Source: Pseudomonadota bacterium
Lineage (GTDB): Bacteria; Desulfobacterota; Desulfobulbia; Desulfobulbales; SURF-16
Assembly (NCBI GenBank): GCA_018816555.1
Contig: JAHIVT010000086.1
Coordinates: forward strand, 36,973 to 100,972
Length of the DNA: 64,000 bases
Direction of reading: 5' to 3'
Shown: positions 59,759 through 64,000 of the stretch, one piece after another
Position numbering within the stretch: the stretch's first letter is position 1
Layout: each line of letters starts with the position of its first letter
The notes under the pieces: generated by a model
Seen by the model: the letters and a program-made list of their open reading frames with translations, nothing else
Database searches by the model: none
Told to the model about the DNA's origin: nothing
Program-made: the position numbers and the translations under genes

Positions 59759-62096
59759 ACATATAACTGATTTGCCGGTCAAGCAGGTCATCCATCCTCT
59801 CTAGGTAGATTTCCAGGGGCTGCTGTCTCAGTGAGGCAAGACCTACCCGCAGATCCAGGGCCTGGATATCATGGGAGAGAGCGGGAGAGCCGACAATTTT
59901 TTCCGCCTCGTCATAGCGTTTCAGCTTGATCAGGGCCTTGGCGCAATTGGTGGCCGCTTCCGTACTGCTGTCTGCAATGGTGCTGAGGAGCTCATACGCC
60001 TTTTCAGGCCAGCTGTCGGCCAGCAGTATTCGACCCGCGTGTTCAAGGGTTGATCCGTTCCGGGGCAGAAGGTCAAGCAGGGGTTCCGCCTGTTGTCGGA
60101 AGCCCAGTTTCAGGTAGAAATTGATCAGGCTGAGAAAATCGGTCATCTCCTGTATGAGTTTCTGCGGCAGGGAGTCCTTCAACACCATGTAATACATGGT
60201 TTCATTCTGTTTGCGCAGCCCTTCCAGATCATTGAAGCGGTAAATATTCTGCGGCGGTTTATCCAGCAGCGCGTCCATATGCTCCATGATAACAGGCTCC
60301 ATCACCTGGTGGAGAAAGACCTGGAACATGACGCTCCGCCCGGCGAGTTCACTGTGTCCGTAATCAGCAGGAAACCTGACTGGAAACTGGCTCACCCTAC
60401 CCGCCTTCATGCCCAGCAGCCCGGCCTCGAAATCAGGAAGAAGTTTGCCGCTGCCCAGCACGGCATCCTGATAGTAGGCCTCAGTGGCCGGTACCACCTG
60501 ACCGTTCAGGATACCCTTACAGTCGTAAATTACCCTCCAGCAGGGGGCGGCAATGCCGCGGCGTTTGAAACGAAAGCCGGTAAACGGTCCGGCCAGGAAG
60601 TGTCGGACCTGCGCATCATGGAGAAATTTTTCTTTGAGCCGGACCATGCACTGATGGGCGGCGGGAAATTCCTCCAGGGTCAGATAAATCTGCGCCAGCA
60701 TGAGCAGGGCCTCGGGACGGCAGGACAGCGCCTCGAAGTTTGCGGTGATGAAGCCCGCCACCTCAAAAAGGTTGGTGCCGGAGGCAATATTTTCCTGGAA
60801 ATCCTGGCGATTCAGGCGCCACAGCATGCTCATCCAGCGGATCTCATCCTTGCTCATGGCATCGGTGGCGAAATCGCGGCAAATGCTCTGGTAGGCTGGT
60901 TTGGTAACGGCCAGCGGCTTGATGCCATGGGCCTCGGGGTCGTCAAGAATGGGGATACCGAAGAAGAGATGCAGCTGCTGGGAAATGGAATTGCCGCTGA
61001 CGCTTACCTTGTTGGCCTTGACAAAATCCAGGGTTTTCTGGGCATGGGAGAATGATTCCCCGGGCAGGCCGAAGAGGGTGAAGAGCTCGACATTGATGCC
61101 GGCTTGCTGGACTTCTCCGATGACTGTGGCGAGTTTTGCAGGATTGAGTCCCTTATTGATTTTGCCCAGCACGTTGTGGTCCGCCGATTCTAGTCCGAAG
61201 GCAAGGGTATGGGCACCCGCTTTTTTCAGCAGAGCGAGCAGCTCGTCATCAATGAGATTGTATCTGGTCTGGCACCAGAAGGTGATGGGCGGGCATTCCG
61301 TAATGATTCTCTGCAGGAGCGCAACGAGCCGTGTGCGGGAAAAGGCAAAGTTGGGGTCGGCAAACCAGAAGTCTCTTATGCCCCTGGCCTGCAGATATTT
61401 GATTTCGGCAATGACCCGGTCAAGGGAATGAAATCTGACCTTTTTATTGCTGGCGCGGGTGGTGTAACAGAACGTGCAGGGTGACGTGCAGCCCCGGGAG
61501 GTAAGGAGGATCACGCGGCTCTTCGAGGCAGTGTCGATGATCCCTTCCAGGTAGGGGGAAGGCAGGAGGTCAAGGTCTTCCACCACCTCAGTCTGCGGGG
61601 TGTCAACTGCTTTTCCCTGCTCCAGGTAGCAGATGCCAGGCACCTCCGAGAGCGGTCTGCCCGTGTCCAGCGCCCGGCCAAGGGCGGGCAGGACGGTTTC
61701 TCCTTCCCCGCGGCAGAGGATGTCAACATCCTTCATCTGAGCCAGGGCCTCGCAGGGCATGAAGGTGATCTGGGGGCCGCCCAGGATTATCAGGATTTCG
61801 GGCCGGAGCTGTTTGGCATGCCGAGCCCAGACCAGTACCCTGTTGATGTTTTCTTCGTAAACCGAAAAACCGAGCACATCGGGTTTTTCTGATGCAAGAG
61901 TGTCGCGGAAGAGTTTCGGCGGCAAAGGGCTGCCCTTGTAATCGCCGAGAATGGTGCCGCTGTAACCGCATTTTCTGAGAGTGGCCAGGGCGTAAGCCTG
62001 GGAGATGGGAATGGTATCCGGGGAGTCGATGGTGGACCATTCATTGACATGTATGAAAAGAAAGTTCGTCCTGTCTGTCTGTCTGTTTCGATTCAT
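59757..62096 (-). CDS. B12-binding radical SAM protein with FKBP (trigger factor-like) and TPR-like C-terminal domains
   Basis: 'GFSVY..GGPQIT..GEGE'; 'TSRGCTSPCTFC'; 'GLES'; 'LGSGKLLPDFEAGLLGMKAG....V.FPADY....LAG....F.V'. Confidence 0.88.
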   Translation of the reverse strand: MNRNRQTDRTNFLFIHVNEWSTIDSPDTIPISQAYALATLRKCGYSGTILGDYKGSPLPPKLFRDTLASEKPDVLGFSVYEENINRVLVWARHAKQLRPEILIILGGPQITFMPCEALAQMKDVDILCRGEGETVLPALGRALDTGRPLSEVPGICYLEQGKAVDTPQTEVVEDLDLLPSPYLEGIIDTASKSRVILLTSRGCTSPCTFCYTTRASNKKVRFHSLDRVIAEIKYLQARGIRDFWFADPNFAFSRTRLVALLQRIITECPPITFWCQTRYNLIDDELLALLKKAGAHTLAFGLESADHNVLGKINKGLNPAKLATVIGEVQQAGINVELFTLFGLPGESFSHAQKTLDFVKANKVSVSGNSISQQLHLFFGIPILDDPEAHGIKPLAVTKPAYQSICRDFATDAMSKDEIRWMSMLWRLNRQDFQENIASGTNLFEVAGFITANFEALSCRPEALLMLAQIYLTLEEFPAAHQCMVRLKEKFLHDAQVRHFLAGPFTGFRFKRRGIAAPCWRVIYDCKGILNGQVVPATEAYYQDAVLGSGKLLPDFEAGLLGMKAGRVSQFPVRFPADYGHSELAGRSVMFQVFLHQVMEPVIMEHMDALLDKPPQNIYRFNDLEGLRKQNETMYYMVLKDSLPQKLIQEMTDFLSLINFYLKLGFRQQAEPLLDLLPRNGSTLEHAGRILLADSWPEKAYELLSTIADSSTEAATNCAKALIKLKRYDEAEKIVGSPALSHDIQALDLRVGLASLRQQPLEIYLERMDDLLDRQISYM

Positions 62097-62654
62097 GACT
62101 GTTTTGCTCCTGCTTCATCATTTCTCGATGTATCGAGTTATTTTTTTGTAATGTTGTTTTTCCTTTCGCCCTGGTGAGCTGCCTGTCGAATCGGCAATCC
62201 GTTGACCTGGAATGACACGGTGTTGCTCTGTCGGGCCGTCAATTGGTAAATTGTTGGAAGAAAGCCATGTGCCGGTTTCTCCATGGAAAAAGTGCAGAGA
62301 GATGGCCATGACTCAAAATTGAACAGTACATTATCGTGTGAAATTTCAGTTGTCAATCGGTCCTGTGCATTTAATGCCGTGACGAGGTTGCCTGCCATGT
62401 TTGCCATTAGACTGACTGATATGTATCATTCTGAAATTACAATATTAATGGTAATTGTCCCCCATGCTGAGCATTGCAAGGCCGATAGGCCAGCGTGAAA
62501 AAAAGCGGCATGAGCAAAAAGGACGGGGTTCAGCGGGGAGATTTTCGTTTGTCCTGCATTGTTCTGGTTGACAAAAACTACATTTACAGATAAATCAGGT
62601 TGTAATGTAGGTATTGATACCTAATTGGTTTGAAAATTTTCTTTCCCCTCGGAA

Positions 62655-63626
62655 ATGACCCAATACAGACCTCTAACCATAATCAGTCATCCGCATTACC
62701 TGGCACATGACACAGGAGGCGGAGATCATCCGGAATGCCCTGCACGTCTGCGTCTCATTGACAAGCAGCTCAAGGATAGCCCTCTATTCCCTTACATTAC
62801 AGAAAAAACAGCCAGGAAGGCGCTGCGGGAGGATATCCTCGTCTATCATGCGGAGTCCTATCTTTTCCGCCTGGAAGAAACGGCGCTGAGAGGGCAGACC
62901 TATATTGATCATCATGACAATCAGATCTGTTTTGAATCCTATGAGGCGATTCTGTTATCAGCCGGTGGCTGTCTGAGTGGTATCGATCTGCTGGAAGAAG
63001 CGGCCAGCGACCTGGTTTTCTGCTGCATCAGGCCGCCGGGTCACCATGCGGAACGGGCCATGGCCTTGGGCTTCTGTTTTGTCAATAATGCGGTGGTGGC
63101 CGCCAGGTATTGGCAGAGGCGTCACGGCCGGCGGAAAATTGCCGTCATCGATTGGGACGCCCATCACGGCAATGGCATCCAGGATGCCTTTGAAGAGGAC
63201 CCGGATGTTTTTTATATCAGCATCCATGAGCATCCCACTTTCAGTTTTCCAGGCACAGGCTATGCCGAGGAAAAAGGACTGGGCGCAGGCGTCGGCACTA
63301 CCTTGAACATCCCCCTGCCTCCAGGGGCCGACGACGACATGTTTCTCCGCGCCATGAGTAAATTCGTGGAGCCTGCCCTGGATTTATTCCAGCCGGAGGG
63401 GATTATCGTTTCCGCCGGCTTTGACGGGCATGTGCTTGATGACATGTCAGGACTGTCCTACAGCACGGAGCTTTACGGCGTGATCGGCGAGAGGATGGCA
63501 GCCCTGGCCGACAGGTATTGCCAGGGGAAAATCCTGTCGATACTTGAAGGCGGTTATCATCTTGAAGCCCTGGCCGCCAGTGTGGAAGGTTATCTCCTTG
63601 GCCTGGCCAAGTGTAAGCCGTTGTAA
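62655..63626 (+). CDS. Zn-dependent HDAC/AcuC-family deacetylase
   Basis: 'HPE', 'RPPGHHA', 'GFC', 'DWDAHHGNG', 'SAGFD', 'LEGGY'. Confidence 0.92.
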   Translation: MTQYRPLTIISHPHYLAHDTGGGDHPECPARLRLIDKQLKDSPLFPYITEKTARKALREDILVYHAESYLFRLEETALRGQTYIDHHDNQICFESYEAILLSAGGCLSGIDLLEEAASDLVFCCIRPPGHHAERAMALGFCFVNNAVVAARYWQRRHGRRKIAVIDWDAHHGNGIQDAFEEDPDVFYISIHEHPTFSFPGTGYAEEKGLGAGVGTTLNIPLPPGADDDMFLRAMSKFVEPALDLFQPEGIIVSAGFDGHVLDDMSGLSYSTELYGVIGERMAALADRYCQGKILSILEGGYHLEALAASVEGYLLGLAKCKPL

Positions 63627-63837
63627 AAAAAATAACTGCTTCATCGCCATACTGTGAACGGCATAACAGGCCGTAATGAAATGGTTAGAGATGTAGTGGT
63701 TATTCCGCAACGGCCCTAGCCGATACAAAAAAAATAATATCGTCGTCCGGATGTCAGAGACGGTATAAGGGGCCGTAACGAACTGCTCAAAAATGAAGAG
63801 ATTCTGTCGTAGCGGACCCTCAATAAAGGAGTAGAGA

Positions 63838-64000
63838 ATGTATATAGCACGTCATATGACCTCACCGGCTCTGACAGTTTCCCCGGATACGCTGCTGCCG
63901 GATGTCCGTGAAATGATGAATAGCCGTAAGTTCAGGCACCTGCCGGTGGTGGATGAGGAGCAGCGCCTGATCGGCATGATCACTGACCGGGATCTGCGTT
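63838..64000 (+). CDS. CBS-domain protein (AcuB-like), truncated by window end
   Basis: AAGGAG RBS; reads MYIARHMTSPALTVSPDT...FRHLPVVDEEQRLIGMITDRDLR; not in ORF track. Confidence 0.8.
   Translation, partial: MYIARHMTSPALTVSPDTLLPDVREMMNSRKFRHLPVVDEEQRLIGMITDRDLR

Overview
GC-rich bacterial chromosomal segment. Gene content (many hybrid kinases, c-di-GMP enzymes, a heme-c MCP, TRAP, a sigma54 promoter) suggests Desulfobacterota, probably Desulfobulbales; this is inference only. The backbone carries a split LetA/PqiA pair with a 7-MCE LetB, TrkH/TrkA, four hybrid histidine kinases, three GGDEF proteins, one HD-GYP protein, a YhaO/YhaN nuclease-ATPase pair, SulP, MprF, a TRAP transporter, an MCP and AcuC/AcuB-like genes. 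An AT-rich island (~8960-13800) holds a 746-aa NERD/PD-(D/E)xK nuclease and an attC-bounded, integron-cassette-like three-gene module. That module (small CxxGxCP protein, DUF6879-like, TM DUF6082-like, with an upstream palindrome and an internal terminator) is the best candidate for an undescribed toxin-antitoxin or anti-phage system. Other unusual proteins are a membrane-anchored E2 (UBC)-like/TPR fusion, a TM-less Clp-D2/FtsH-M41 hybrid protease with degenerate ATPase motifs, and a B12 radical SAM enzyme fused to an FKBP domain. No rRNA, tRNA, CRISPR array, integrase or transposase was seen. Family assignments come from motif recognition by eye, not database searches.
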